A stretch of DNA of 64,000 bases, the filler included, from Asterionella formosa (Eukaryota), in the NCBI GenBank assembly GCA_002256025.1. It is 11 parts of 11 records of this genome, joined end to end, with 100 filler letters (N's around TTAATTAATTAA, not from the genome) between each part and the next. Parts side by side here need not be neighbours in the genome. Positions count along the whole stretch, not along the records: positions 11,695 to 17,439 come from NKIB01012941.1; positions 17,540 to 23,283 come from NKIB01012942.1; positions 23,384 to 29,125 come from NKIB01012943.1; 8 more parts are not named here. One strand, 5' to 3'. The position numbers and the translations under genes are program-made. The notes under the pieces are model-generated. The model saw nothing but the letters and a program-made list of their open reading frames with translations. It was not told where the DNA came from and made no database searches. Below, piece by piece: positions 12,580 to 25,790 of the stretch; position 1 is the stretch's first letter, and each line of letters begins with the position of its first letter.

Positions 12580-15500
12580 TCAGGATTTCATGCTCCCAAG
12601 AATCTTGACAAAGCCACCAGCAAAATCCAATGCATTGCGATGTGACTTGTATCTGGTATTCATTTCATGAATCTTCACAAGGTCAGCAGGGTTGTTATTA
12701 AGTATTATTTCTTGAATGGAAACAGCATTTCCTTCTTCATCTTGCACTCTTTGAGCATGAATGATCATATACCCCATGATAAACGAGTGTGCCTTCCTTG
12801 CTGCTGCGGCCCTCATTCTCCCAATAGTCATGGAGTCACGAGAGTGTGATGCTTCCACTGCTATTTCGAACTTCTTCCCTCCTTTGTCACATAGCGGCTT
12901 GGACCTATAGTTACTCTTTGTCATGCCCCAAATGTATTCAATGCCCTCTCCTGCCAGCTCTGGGTGGCACTTTGGAGTTAAGACGACTTTCAACCCAATC
13001 TGGGCACCTACCCACTCAAGCATAATATTTTCTTCCTTGAAATCTCGACAATTTCCTAACAGTTTCCTGAGACTATTAAAATATTTGTACTCTCCTGTTT
13101 CACGATCCTTCAAGGCATTGACATTAAAGGCCCTAAAGTGACCTTTAGTTGATCCTTGTATTTTCCTCTCTCCCATAAAATTTGAGCTATTCCCTTTGCC
13201 TTGCCTGCCCATCCAGGACTCACTCGTTTGAATTGGCGTGTTGTTTCAATGCCACACAACCTGCAGAGCGCCATCAAGAATGCCGGATTCCTATCATTAA
13301 ATCAAGAAGGCAGTAATTTAGAACAAACTTGCTCACGGAGTGCTTCCACTAGCTCATTTTTGTTGAGACGCTATGTCTTCCATTCATCAAGTTCAATATC
13401 AGACATATGCCTTAATTTATCTTCATCAGTTCCATACCACCATGGCCCTATGCTTGCTGAATCTGGGGTTTCCAGGAATTGAAATTGCTGTATATCCCCT
13501 GGTTTTAAATTCTGAGTCTCATTATCGATTTCTCCAATATCACATACAGACAAAATTGAGCAATGCATGATAGGTTGAGTGCCCCCAAATCCCTTGTTCA
13601 AGAAACTTTCATTCAAACCATCAACTCTCTTCTGACAATGTCCTAAGCTGTGATCAAACAACTTTTCAAATTGTGGGAACATAACTCTTGTGCAGTCCAT
13701 CATGTCTTCAGTCTGGATCAACACATGATTCCCTGTCCAATAACCTTCATGATTGACTGCTGGCTTTAAAGCGCTGTTATTTTAAAGCAGTGATGTTATT
13801 CATAAAGTATTTTTAGGCGAGGCAAAACCAATGTCAGAACATACCTGACAAATCCATGGTCCCCCATTCTAAGCTCATCTTTAGTGGCCTTTCCATACAC
13901 CTTGTTGACAGCATCAACAGAAATATAGCTTTCAACGCTTCTACTATTATTAATTTCCACTAGTTGATCAGCTGTTGGCCTTGGATTCCACTCATGAAAC
14001 TGCCAGGATGTAAAACCTGAGAAGCGATAGCTCATTCCAAGATTCTTAGGACACATCACCTTCTGTCCACCTGAACCACCCCAACAGAAAGGGTTAAGTG
14101 ACTTTTCATGGCTTACGGCCTCATCTTGACCAATAATCATGATTGGTTTTCTACCCCCAATTCTCTTACTGAGTAATCCACCAAATTGTGAACCAAATTC
14201 AGTCATTTGTATCATACCTGGGAACATTTCCGAATCGTAAATGTGAGATTCACACATTTCTGTATCATGAGGATCCAAATATTCATTTCCAAAATAGCCT
14301 TTTGTTAACTCAGAGTTTTGATGCATCTATATCGCCATCACGCACCTTAGGGACTTGGATCCAAACTGGGGCCCTAATTTCAATATTGACAAGGTAGTTA
14401 TAGCAAAACCAAGCTCTATATTCTACCACATCCGTACGCTCATGCTCATCAACATAAAAGCCTTTCTGGTGTCTTGAATAACTGGAACAATACAAAAAAT
14501 ATTAGTAAATCACATGGAAGAAAGAGAATGATTATTCTTGTAAGACAAAATGTTGTATTTTGATGATGCAACATAGCAGACATGGCTGGCAATATATACA
14601 TACCTGAATCCAAGATGTCGCAGCCAGTTTGAGGCAGTTGCCAGACAGATAGTTTTTAAGCCGCATTCATCAAGAATAGTTTGATCTACACAAATAGAAT
14701 CATACTCCACTCCTTTAGCAACCAGTGTATTTTGTCCTTTATTTCGTTCATCAACCAGCCTTGGAATAATCTTATCAACAATATATGCCTGGAAGCTACC
14801 ACATGAGAGAGTTGCAAGATTTATATTCCAGTATTCCTTGATTTCATTCTCCAAACCAGGGTTGTTAGTAGCAAAGAATTTAATGCCATCAGACCATGAT
14901 AGGTTGGAAAATGGATTGGAAAATTTACGGTTGGATCGGAAGTCAACAAACCAATCTTGAATTGTTCTTCAACCTCTAGCATCATCCTTTGACACAAGCT
15001 GCTTCCCAGCTGCATTTACCAACTGGATTGCATGCTTACACTATCTACCCCACCTTAATTGCTCAAATTTGCCATTAATTTTCAAGACAAGTGAAAGAGT
15101 GCAAGAGACATACAATCATGCCCGGTCTTGTAGATGGGAAATAAATCGATTGAATGACCCTGATGCATGCATTGAATCCTTGATGCGGTTTCCCCTCCTG
15201 CTACTACCATTTCCTTGATGTTGACTGCTGACATGATGAACCTCGGAATTCTCCAGCAAATCCATCATTGCCCAGCTATTGTTGGCAGCTTTCAACAGAA
15301 TCTTTTGCATTGACACTGCTGCATCAAGTGCAGAGTCCTCTCCATCAATCAGCGGAAAGAGTTTGTCGGCCTCTGTTGAATACTAGCAGTTGATTTCCAT
15401 AAAATGGGCTGCATCGACAAAGCCTCTTGACACTTAAAAAGTCATTACTAGCTGTCTTGCAGCAGACAAGAGGTCGTTCCCATGGAATGATGGCGGAACG

Positions 15501-16627
15501 CTCATAGTAATTTACACAATATATCGGTTTTCCTCCTCAGCAACCTTTTTGCTATCATCATCTGACTGTACCAATCGTGCTGGGAGAGCTGAGCAAGCCG
15601 CCACTACAGCATGATAATTATGATGCTCATCTAAGGATTCCACTTCTTTGATACAGCCGGAGTCATCAACCATATCTCCAAGCCACCCAAGTACAAAACG
15701 TAATTCGGAACCAGAAAAATGAAATATGCGTCGTTGCTCAAGCGAACAAACTTGATTTGCCACACGTAGCCACTCACTCAATCGGAACCAAGTATTTTGA
15801 CAATCAATATTTCTTGCTATCAATTGCAAGAATGTATTTTTCAGTTTACTGAATCGAAGGCACTGCGAATGTCATGAAGTGCTCCAATGGTAGCAGGCCT
15901 ATGGAATGGTTGTAATGCCTGGAATGCCATGGTTCAACAACCTTAACATTGGCGGAGAAATCGAATTAGAGGAATAGCTTTCGCAACCATTTTTTGGTAT
16001 TGTTGACGTTGATGAAAATCTTGGCGTTTACCGTGAAGACACATGCTGTGGGTTGGTGCACACAATGCTGCCCAAATTCTGAAACTTTTGTGATATTGCA
16101 CTTAAGTGGAGGCCTAGAAAGAATGTTGAGCAAGGTTTCTGGCTTGATTTTGTCCCCATCAACTTGTGACTGCAGGGAGTCATTCAGTTTATTCAAAGCT
16201 CCAAGCGAATTAATCAGATTGGTAGCTGTATCAATGGAAATCCACTTTTATGCCAGTTTTCAGGTCCATCGAGTTCCATGATGGGACAAAACTGCTGAAA
16301 TTGAAACTGGTCCGAAAAACTCTGTTTATGTACACCAGGCAAACATTCTTCTTTCATTTCAAAGCAAGGTTTAAGAACTACGGAGGGCTCAAAATGATCA
16401 GACCGGTTGATGATGGCATTGTTGTCATTGTCTTCATTGGCTGTGACTTCCAACTTCTTTGTAGATGTTCCTACTATTCTTTGGTCCATCAATGTTGTTG
16501 TGTTTACTTTCTTCTCTTCACTCTCCCAACAATGCTCATCACTGTCAGCAGTAGCGGAACTGGTGTATTCATGATTGTTCTGTCTAGCTTCCTTAACTGT
16601 TGACGAACTGCTCCTTGTTTGCACCAT
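12580..16627 (-). pseudogene. Degenerate intron-containing DDE transposase (IS630-Tc1-mariner-related, 'DGHER' type)
   Basis: WLRHLGFSYSRHQKGFYVDEHERTDVVEYRAWF rebuilt across intron 14482-14603; IGQDEAV (D1); VNHEGYWTGNHVLIQTED after intron 13774-13844; LFDHSLGH (D2); TPKCHPELAGEGIEYIWG (E). Several stops and frameshifts. The N-terminal extent to 16627 is uncertain. Confidence 0.72.
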
Positions 16628-17171
16628 GATGCAGCATATCTCTTGCTTTCGTTATGGCCATGTAGCGAATTTGTAACAATCTCATGGATGCAGAAAAATC
16701 CAGACTTTTCCTGGCGGAACCTTTTTTCGTCAATTTAAATATCATGTGTTAAGCTTCTTTAATTCACGCAAATTCTGCTTTTCGATATCAATATAGTACT
16801 AAAGCAAACAAGCAATGAAAGACATCATGGAAACAAACAGCATGTAGTACTAGGGCACCATGAAATCATTGCTGGAATGGCCGAAAATAATGTTCGACTG
16901 CACATTTTATCTTTCATTTAAATTTACCTTCTTTGGATGCTATGGTATGACAAGAATTTAATGCAAGGCTTTAGGCTTCTACTGTCACCGAGTCGATTGG
17001 TAGCTATTGTTAAGTAATAAATCATGTTACCTCATCCTCTGTCCAGCCATGAGTTCCTCATTAGCACATTTGCAAAAATACAAATCTCAATTCAAAATTC
17101 TGGTTTCCATGAGGAGTCCATTACCTAGCTAAAATGACAATACTAAAGTTTGTGGTGGGGCTTCAAACAAT

Positions 17172-17439
17172 GCTGAAAAACTTAAATGTAATAATGGCAT
17201 TCACAGCCTCATCAACATCTTTCCACTTGTTGTCCTCTTTAGAAGCCTCAAGCTCCAAATAGTAACGTAAATTGATTCTGCTGTGGCATGGAATCATTTG
17301 AACCATTATCCGTCATCAGCATGCATTAAATGATTTCGCTTTCTTGGCTGACTGTAATTGAGTGCCAACTCCGCCCATGAAGAATAGGTGACGAAGATTC
17401 TTGGCTGACTGGCAGCAGGTGCCACACACTGTAAAATAA
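17172..17439 (-). repeat. Right arm of long inverted repeat (at least 268 bp)
   Basis: Reverse complement of 11695-11962. Confidence 0.93.
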
Positions 17440-18230
17440 NNNNNNNNNNNNNNNNNNNNNNNNNNNNNNNNNNNNNNNNNNNNTTAATTAATTAANNNNN
17501 NNNNNNNNNNNNNNNNNNNNNNNNNNNNNNNNNNNNNNNTCATTTTTGATTTGAAAGTTCTCAACTACAATGGAAGCGAAAATTTGAAGAAAAGCGCAAG
17601 TTTACCGAGAATCATCAATATCTAGTGCCTGATAAGACATGGAAAGGACGATGTGTCAAAGAACGCTGTTAATAGTGGATTTCAATCATGAGCTTTCTGC
17701 CTTGATACACACAGTCTGAGACACAGTGCAGTTATGATCTATGACGGAATCCTTCCCTACATGTATGGTGTCTAAAATGTCGGTCGACTCTGATAACGCA
17801 TTTTCGGATAATTTAGTCTGTATGCTCATATGCTAAGTATCCAATAAAATGGGAAAAATGATTGCGGACAGGAGCGGTCCACATGTTTGCCATCACAAAT
17901 CCGATTCCCTTTCGGGCAATTAAATTTCCTTCTTCCCTACGTCCAATTCATGCTGGCAAAAGAAGATTATACTTTGGCCCAATGCCATGAGTAACTTCAC
18001 AACAAATGAAAATGGGAGGAAAAAGTGCAGTGAAATAGCAAGGCAGTAGTCGGCGTAAGAACGAGCAAATTTCGTTGACCTCATTCAGTTTGATCTCCTC
18101 GGATGTCAATTCTTCAACCCTGATTAGGGACTAGCAGAATTTTTTAGCATTTAACATAATCAGAAAGGTAAAGGGATCATGAAAGTCTCCATATCAACAA
18201 ATATAATCTCTCCAACAACTACTCTCGCTG

Positions 18231-19727
18231 TTACTCGTAAACAACAACCATGCTCGCACCATCGCACCACGGAATCCATGCTGGCCCAAAGGCACTAGTA
18301 TTGGTTAGATGCCAAGGGCACGTCGGATTATCCTTGGGTAGTGGAATCATCGTCGACTTGTAGTGATCCAATTTGGCTTTGAGCCATGAAACGAGTTGTG
18401 GACGCGAAGGAGCAATATCAAAATCTTCGGATGAATCTCTGTCGATGTCGTACAAATGATATTTTGCAGTGATGTTGTGATGTCTATCAGGTGGTCCACG
18501 ATACCCTTCTTCGAGCAACTTCCATTGCTTAAATCTAATCGCGGGGCCACTCCAGATTCCCATCAAATCAACTCCGTACCCAACAAAGAGTTCAGTTCGG
18601 GCTGGTTTACCACGCCCTTGAAGAGTAGACAGTTGATTGACCCCGTCCAACGGTTTACCATTTGGTGTCGCATTGACAATGCCCGCCAAGGTCGGCAACC
18701 AATCTACAACGTGGAACAAACTTTCAAGATTTCCAGGAAACACTCCCAGATTTTTCAAAGCCGGTCCACTCAAGAATCCATCCCCCCTTGTGCCACCTTC
18801 CCAGCACGAACATTTACCTCCTCTTCTGGGGTAGTTGGATGATCCCTGTACCGCGCATGTGTCCGTCGGCCCACCATTGTCGGTCGTAAAGATAATCAGT
18901 GTATCATCCCATAAATTGGAATCCTTCAATGCTTGAGTGACGTTACGTATTCCCTCGTCGGCAGCCGACAACATGCCGGCGTAAGTCTTTCGAAGTGCCG
19001 TCCAATTCTTGTCCAGATAGGGTTCAATGTAGTGTGGTGGCACTTCATCGGGAGCATGGACCGCTTGGTATGCCAAGTATAGAAACAGCGGGCTATCATC
19101 GTTGCTGGTGCTGTGTTGTTGAATGACTCGAATGGCCTCCCGTGTAAATACATGAGTGCTGTAGTTGCCTCGTTCGTCGACGATGTGAGAACAATTGTCT
19201 CCGCAATATTCTACCTTGTCAAACCTCATGTCGTAGCCTCCGTCATCATCAACATGAGACACATAATCTTGGCCTCCCAAATAAAACCCGAAAAAAGATT
19301 CAAACCCTCGGAAGGTGGGTGTTTGATCGTAGGACGAATGGCCCAGATGCCACTTTCCCACTGCGTGGGCAGTATACCCGGCCTTGCGCAGTACTGTCGG
19401 TAGAGTCTCTTCGTCCAATGGCAGCCCAATTGTGCTGTGCGGGGAAATCCAGTTATGAATTCCTGTGTGTATGGGATACCTTCCAGACATTATGGCAGCT
19501 CGTGTGGGCGAACACGAAGGAAGCACGTAGTAGTTCTTCAGGTAAAGACCACGGCTGGCCAAATCGTCAATACCATCCGTGCTGATGCCAGTTCCGTGGA
19601 GGCCAAGGTCGTGTGATCCAAGGTCATCCAAGACTATGATGAGAATATGCGGTTTCTGAGAGAGAGAAAAGGGCAACCATGAAAAAAGGACGATGGAGAT
19701 CTGTTGGAAAAGGCGTAGGAACGCCAT
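18231..19727 (-). CDS. Formylglycine-dependent sulfatase (family S1, arylsulfatase B-like) with signal peptide
   Basis: Hydrophobic N-terminus; PHILIIVLDDLG, CSPTRAAIMSGRY (CxPxR), GKWHLG, YQAVHAP, TTDNGG, GGK..WEGG, HVVDWLPT. Confidence 0.95.
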   Translation of the reverse strand: MAFLRLFQQISIVLFSWLPFSLSQKPHILIIVLDDLGSHDLGLHGTGISTDGIDDLASRGLYLKNYYVLPSCSPTRAAIMSGRYPIHTGIHNWISPHSTIGLPLDEETLPTVLRKAGYTAHAVGKWHLGHSSYDQTPTFRGFESFFGFYLGGQDYVSHVDDDGGYDMRFDKVEYCGDNCSHIVDERGNYSTHVFTREAIRVIQQHSTSNDDSPLFLYLAYQAVHAPDEVPPHYIEPYLDKNWTALRKTYAGMLSAADEGIRNVTQALKDSNLWDDTLIIFTTDNGGPTDTCAVQGSSNYPRRGGKCSCWEGGTRGDGFLSGPALKNLGVFPGNLESLFHVVDWLPTLAGIVNATPNGKPLDGVNQLSTLQGRGKPARTELFVGYGVDLMGIWSGPAIRFKQWKLLEEGYRGPPDRHHNITAKYHLYDIDRDSSEDFDIAPSRPQLVSWLKAKLDHYKSTMIPLPKDNPTCPWHLTNTSAFGPAWIPWCDGASMVVVYE

Positions 19728-21869
19728 GGTTGCCAGCGCGACCTGTTACCTGGGAACCACTTTCACTCGTCACAAGCGAACAACATCCAACTGTCCTTGA
19801 ATACACGCTGTAGCCTGGGATGGAACCGAGAGAGCAACCCATTTTGCACACCCACACACATATACAAATATACCCCGGCAGTTGAAAAGAGTTAGAAAAC
19901 ATTGTTTTCATTTTGCCAAATCTGCTGACGACATCAAAAGCAACCTTACGCACAACAGAAGATTGGTTTGAGCAGTGTTGACTTCGAAAGCAAGCTCAGA
20001 AACCAAAGGAGGGGTAATACTGTGTTAATACTCCAAAAAAGCAAGGAGGTGTCTGATCCATTTATAGTAAACCACATCCATTTGCATCCCATTTGCACCA
20101 CTGCAATTCTCATTGCATTTGACACACTTTTACGTAGAAAGCTACAAGCACTTATTACTAAAATATTTCTATAGATCACCTTCAGAGAAATTTACTCACC
20201 ACAGCATCATACTGCTGGGCATAGTAGTGCTGCAGCACAGTAGTAGTACCAAGAACACTGACAGTGCCCATTACTGCATCAAAACATTTACTCTTGTCAA
20301 GTAGTATGCTGAATAAATATATAAAATCTATCCTTTCACTCTGTGGATGGCCAGTATCTCCAGGTGTAGAAATTCATGACTGCTGACAGACCAACTTTAA
20401 AGCAGTCTCCAACCTTGGTCATGTATTGCTTACCTTCAGCAATTCATAGCCTAGCTAGCTACTATTGTTGCGCCATTATCTTACCTAATGCCCACTCATT
20501 GAGCATAAATGTCATTTTTAGCTTTTGCTATTTCCCATCATGATTCAAAACATGTTTTGTATATTTCCTGTTTTCACATGTAAAGTTTGCAATGGGTCCA
20601 ATATTGCCAATCATTAAAATATAACATTTTGGAAATACAATTTACGCTAATTGACCCTCGCTTGGTTTGGCATTCCTGGGATTGCCAAAAGCCGAAGGGG
20701 GGCCTTCTTAAGGAAACCATTCTATATCTTCTACATTGTCTGATTATAATATTTCTAGTATTCACTTCATTTTTGTTCATCTTCTGGCGGATGATAACAA
20801 CTGCAGCAATTCACCTTTGACCATGCCAACAATCATCCATCATGCCCAGCATTCTGAGGCGAAATGAGTAAATTGATGATGCCAGTAGCGATTCGAGATC
20901 AAACTGATGTGGTTGGTTGGTTGTTGAATCAGCTTCTGATGGTATTCATGTCATCATTGCATCATCTTTATCGAACAATGACACGGCTGCACCTGATGTT
21001 AGCAGCAAGTTTTTGTGCTGCTTATATTTACTCGACAGATATTCTAGACAAGTAGCCTACATACGCACATTGTACTAAAAACAACTATGAATGGTTTAAG
21101 CTAAACTTTAATACTTACTTTGAACACATAAAATATTTATGCTGTAGACTTGGTACTATCTTAACAAGACCAGAATGCTAAAATATGTCCTTCACATATT
21201 ACTAAAAATTATAATTCTCTTTTCTCGATCCTGCCTGCCATTGCTCAATCAGGGCTTCCATTAGGTACCTTTCGATGTTTAATTGATCCCACTGTCTGCT
21301 GCTTGTTATGCTAGTTAGAGCAGATCAGTGAGTATGATAGTACTGAAACACAGAATGTGCCATGTAGATGCTATTTTCCAATTTGCAATTTGATTGCTTC
21401 TATTCTCCATTTTTATCGTTTCTTTCATTTGTATTCGTCATTTCATACTGTTGTTTTGGTTCGATTTCAGTCTCTACTCCTTGAAGATATATTGTTGCTG
21501 GACTCATTTGTTGCTTTGTATAGTCATTGGCAGTGATGTCAATATTCCTGGTAAGACAACCTTTTCTAGTAATAACTCGTTTTGATATCCTTCAACTCAG
21601 AGTTCTTAGCCCAATCTCTGTTTCAATATTAAAAAATGCATGATTCAATAATGAGATAAAGGAACAGTCTTTCGATCATGCACAGAATCGAATGATCAGG
21701 GTTGTTTGGGTTGGGGTGGAAGGTCTGCTACTTGTATTCCATTATCAGGCTGCAGCTATGTGCACAGTTCCAAAGACCAGATCAGCTACTCTATAGTTTG
21801 ATAGAGGTATCAATTGCGTTCAAGTTTTTAAAAGTTATTTTTGTAGAATCATAACCCCTCAAAAATGTT

Positions 21870-22376
21870 GCTCCGGTTCCCTCCCGCCCCGTTTTTTGAC
21901 CCCTTGCTAACCAATAAGCAGTAGATGAAGGATTTAACATCAGAAAAATGTAAATTCATTGTCTATTGCTTGCTTCACAACCTCAAAAGGGATGCTGATG
22001 AGGCTGTCAACATGGATGGCCAGCCGGCCATGCACAAAAATTTTGCTATATTATTCGACATATGTAGAAAGAATTATTTTTTGTCCAGAAATTTAGCTAG
22101 TTCTCTTTGGTACTAATAGCCGATATTATACGTGCTGATAAAGGTCCTCAGGTCACTGGCCAACCAAAATCAAAAGTCCTAAAGGATCCACATGTAACAC
22201 TATTTAGCAAATACTCGCCTAATTATACTAATGTAACCAATGCACCACCTGTCGCCTGCATCGTCTTGCGTAGAAAATGAATATTGCGGCAACTGCGAGT
22301 TTCGCGAAAGCACATCATGGCTGGCTCATGCCGAATTAGTCGCTGTTCTTGTTGCAACTATGCCGGAAAGAGGGAG
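21870..22376 (+). mobile_element. Possible internally deleted relic of the plant-type mariner family
   Basis: KDLTSEKCKFIVYCLLHNLKRDADEAVNMDG resembles the N-terminus RKDLTPEEHQLVLDYSLQNLQKGPDGGDEIDG of the mariner at 29226-30257, with similar upstream DNA. Ends in GAGGGAG|TA at 22370-22378. Confidence 0.4.
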
Positions 22377-23855
22377 TAGACCCGATCCTTTTTATGTACG
22401 AAAATGTTTATTATATATCTGTATCTGAAATGTCATATTATTGCAGAAGCCTGAAAAACCAATGCAGCAGGCCCAATATTATGACATACTAGTACTCCGG
22501 AGTAAGCACTACTCCATATGTGTGTGTAGAGTAGCATGTATGGTCGTAGGTTCTACATCATGCTTTTGTTTATGCATTGTTTGCTATTCTGCCTCTATGC
22601 AATACAATGTTGCTTTAAGGGCCGTTCTTATAGTTTTTCATCGTGTCTCACTAAATTTGAAAATGTATCAGCAACGGTAACTCGATTTGAACTGAATTTC
22701 ATTCATTCCAAACTTGACACTGTGTCACAGTGTATCATGGAGTAACAAGGATTGTTAGTGCTGGTGACAGGCCAGCTTCAAACATCTAAATATATGTGAG
22801 CAGTAATATGCATATGCGTAGCCTTAACAAAATAACCTGAATATAATATCAAATGTATCATGAGACAGAGCCTGTGTATACATGCTACTGGTACCAGTAC
22901 TGAGAGACTCATCAACATGTTGCTTGTTGTCAATGCATTGACCATGATGATAATCAGCCATTTCTCCATCAAATGGCAAACAAGTCGCTGCGCCTTGGAG
23001 ATTTAATATATCATTGTATGAACAATGCTATAGAGAAAGAAACATAGATATATCTTTAAAATTGCGAAAGAAATTTACGAATCTATGATGTAAAAGAATA
23101 CTCATCAATTTATAGGAATGCAAATAGAACTATTGATTTGTTCCAGCAATGACTACCGGTAAAGCTATGACTACTAATATGACTAAAACAATACTTTCTT
23201 GTGAAATTAGGGCTTGAAAAGTGGTGTGAGGCTAGAATTTGAATTTCAGACACCATTAGATCAATCAATTACACCAATGGTGTNNNNNNNNNNNNNNNNN
23301 NNNNNNNNNNNNNNNNNNNNNNNNNNNTTAATTAATTAANNNNNNNNNNNNNNNNNNNNNNNNNNNNNNNNNNNNNNNNNNNNCTGCGGTTGTACAAAAT
23401 TTGGCATAAAATGATCTTACGATTAGTTGTTTATGATCTTAATTCTAGTGTTTGTGTTATCGTGGTGTACAGTAATACATTTTAAAACATGCATTTTTGT
23501 AAATAGGGCCCTACTTCATCTACATCAATCATGTTCACAAGTAAGGACTGCTAGGAGTACGTAGTAGTAACAAGGTACCGGTTGTTATGAACAACTGTTC
23601 ACATCTTGTTGAAGGACATGATATGATGATGTACTACGTATCTGGAGGTATGATATTTCTTCACTTGTGTACATATATATATATATATAGGCACACCTTC
23701 TTTATATCCATAAGTGTGAAAGTAGCTACATGTATGTTATTTGTCCATCGCAACGGTACTTGTAAGAGCATTTATATACAATCTCTCATTTCCCTTTTTT
23801 AGCGACACTTCATTATATGCTTCTTGTCATTTCTCACCACACCTGTTATACAATC

Positions 23856-25790
23856 ATGCCTCCAAAACCTGTGACTACAAAACCAGTGCGAGATGCGGCA
23901 GTTGCAAGGAGAGTGCCGGATTTGCCTCAAAAGCGAGTGATAGCTGATTTTGGAACCTTCCCTACCAGTTATTTTAATAAAAGGCAAAAGCAGTATACTG
24001 TTCATGACGCCTTTGGTGGTGCCACACCTTCCACTCCGTACATTCCAACAAACGTAAATCCTCCTTTTACTACTGATACTACAAAGGCTCGTTTCAATCG
24101 TTCTATTCCCGTAGATTCTGTCTTGAATTCTGCCAGTGAGAATGAAGATGATGATTCACTCAATTCCGGTTCAAGAAAGGTTGCTGCTATTGAGAACACC
24201 CATAATATTCACCCTACTTTTGTTTTTGAAAAGCTTTGCAATCGAAGTAAACAGGTGAAGTATGACAAACTCAAAGATGAGCACACCAGTCTTCAAGAAA
24301 TCCACAATGACCTTGTTCGTTCTTAATATGAAATCTCATCTGACCTGAATCACTACAAAGGGCAACATTCAGTTCAAGTTTCATCCTTTCGTGGTTAAGA
24401 AGATTCATCTGCTTCAGCAGCAAATTCAGCACGACGTTTGTTTTTAGCTAAAATGGATTCCTCTGTTGTCGCAAAAGTGGTTAGTTATATTTCAAAACCA
24501 AGAAATTTTGCTGTGAACAGGTAAGTGATGTATTGCCATACATCAGACTTACTATGGATGTTTTGATAGTGAAAGGATGTCACTTAAACCTATTTTTGCA
24601 TTTCCCAAAAAGGTTATAAAACACCCAGCCATATCTGCAAGTTGCAACTCCGTAGGCATATTGGATGTGAATGCAGATTGGTTTGCTAACCGATGTATCT
24701 CCCGGTTATTTCAACTAAATCCGCAGTTAGGCAAAGAAGCAGAGAGTGATCCTGAACTTTCAAACTATATGTGGAATGGAAGTGATGCACAACTTCAGNN
24801 NNNNNNNNNNNNNNNNNNNNNNNNNNNNNNNNNNNNNNNNNNNNNNNNNNNNNNNNNNNNNNNNNNNNNNNNNNNNNNNNNNNNNNNNNNNNNNNNNNNN
24901 NNNNNNNNNNNNNNNNNNNNNNNNNNNNNNNNNNNNNNNNNNNNNNNNNNNNNNNNNNNNNNNNNNNNNNNNNNNNNNNNNNNNNNNNNNNNNNNNNNNN
25001 NNNNNNNNNNNNNNNNNNNNNNNNNNNNNNNNNNNNNNNNNNNNNNNNNNNNNNNNNNNNNNNNNNNNNNNNNNNNNNNNNNNNNNNNNNNNNNNNNNNN
25101 NNNNNNNNNNNNNNNNNNNNNNNNNNNNNNNNNNNNNNNNNNNNNNNNNNNNNNNNNNNNNNNNNNNNNNNNNNNNNNNNNNNNNNNNNNNNNNNGTTGG
25201 GCATGCAAGTTGTATGCGTTTGCTCAAGCAAGTTTCATTGATAGAGCAAGCAATTCCTATCACCTATGGATTGATGTTCTTGCTCGAGTTCATTTAATAG
25301 GTAGGGTCAGCCGTGGCGATCCCTATCTTATAGGAGAAAAAATTGGGAAAATTAAATTCCTTCTGAGTGATCGAGCTAAATGTGAATTACAATCAAGGTT
25401 TGTTGGTTCGGTAATTAATGCTTCGACAGAACCTGGATGGATTAATTATAATCCTTCCTCTTATTTACCTCAAGACCAATTACCTCGTTTCTGGCAGGAT
25501 GTTGTTGATATCGGTGGAAAACCACTTTTAAAGAAAAGTACGAGAGAGCAAAGTTCAGTGTCAGGAGGTCTCACTGATCAATGGACTGATGTCTTATTGG
25601 AATATTATCAACAATTGTGTGGTGATCTTGCACAGGATAATCGATCTGTAGCTAGTACAAGCAATGAACCGTAGCGGATTGGTCAGTAAAGCACCTCCAA
25701 GTCACTTTCCAAACACATATTTTTCTTTCCCTGAAATCCCAGAAGAGCAAATGAAGAAATATGGTGGAGATGATGCAATTTTTACGGGTA
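23856..25790 (+). pseudogene. Transposon-associated unknown ORF ('ORF-A' copy 1), disrupted; probable intron from 24521
   Basis: Shares LYxFAQ..IDR, F.LS.RA.CELQS.FVG..INASTE, VDIGGKPL.KK, RE.SSVS.G.TD and YFSFP motifs with 39986-40788. Contains stops, a frameshift and an internal gap. Confidence 0.6.
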
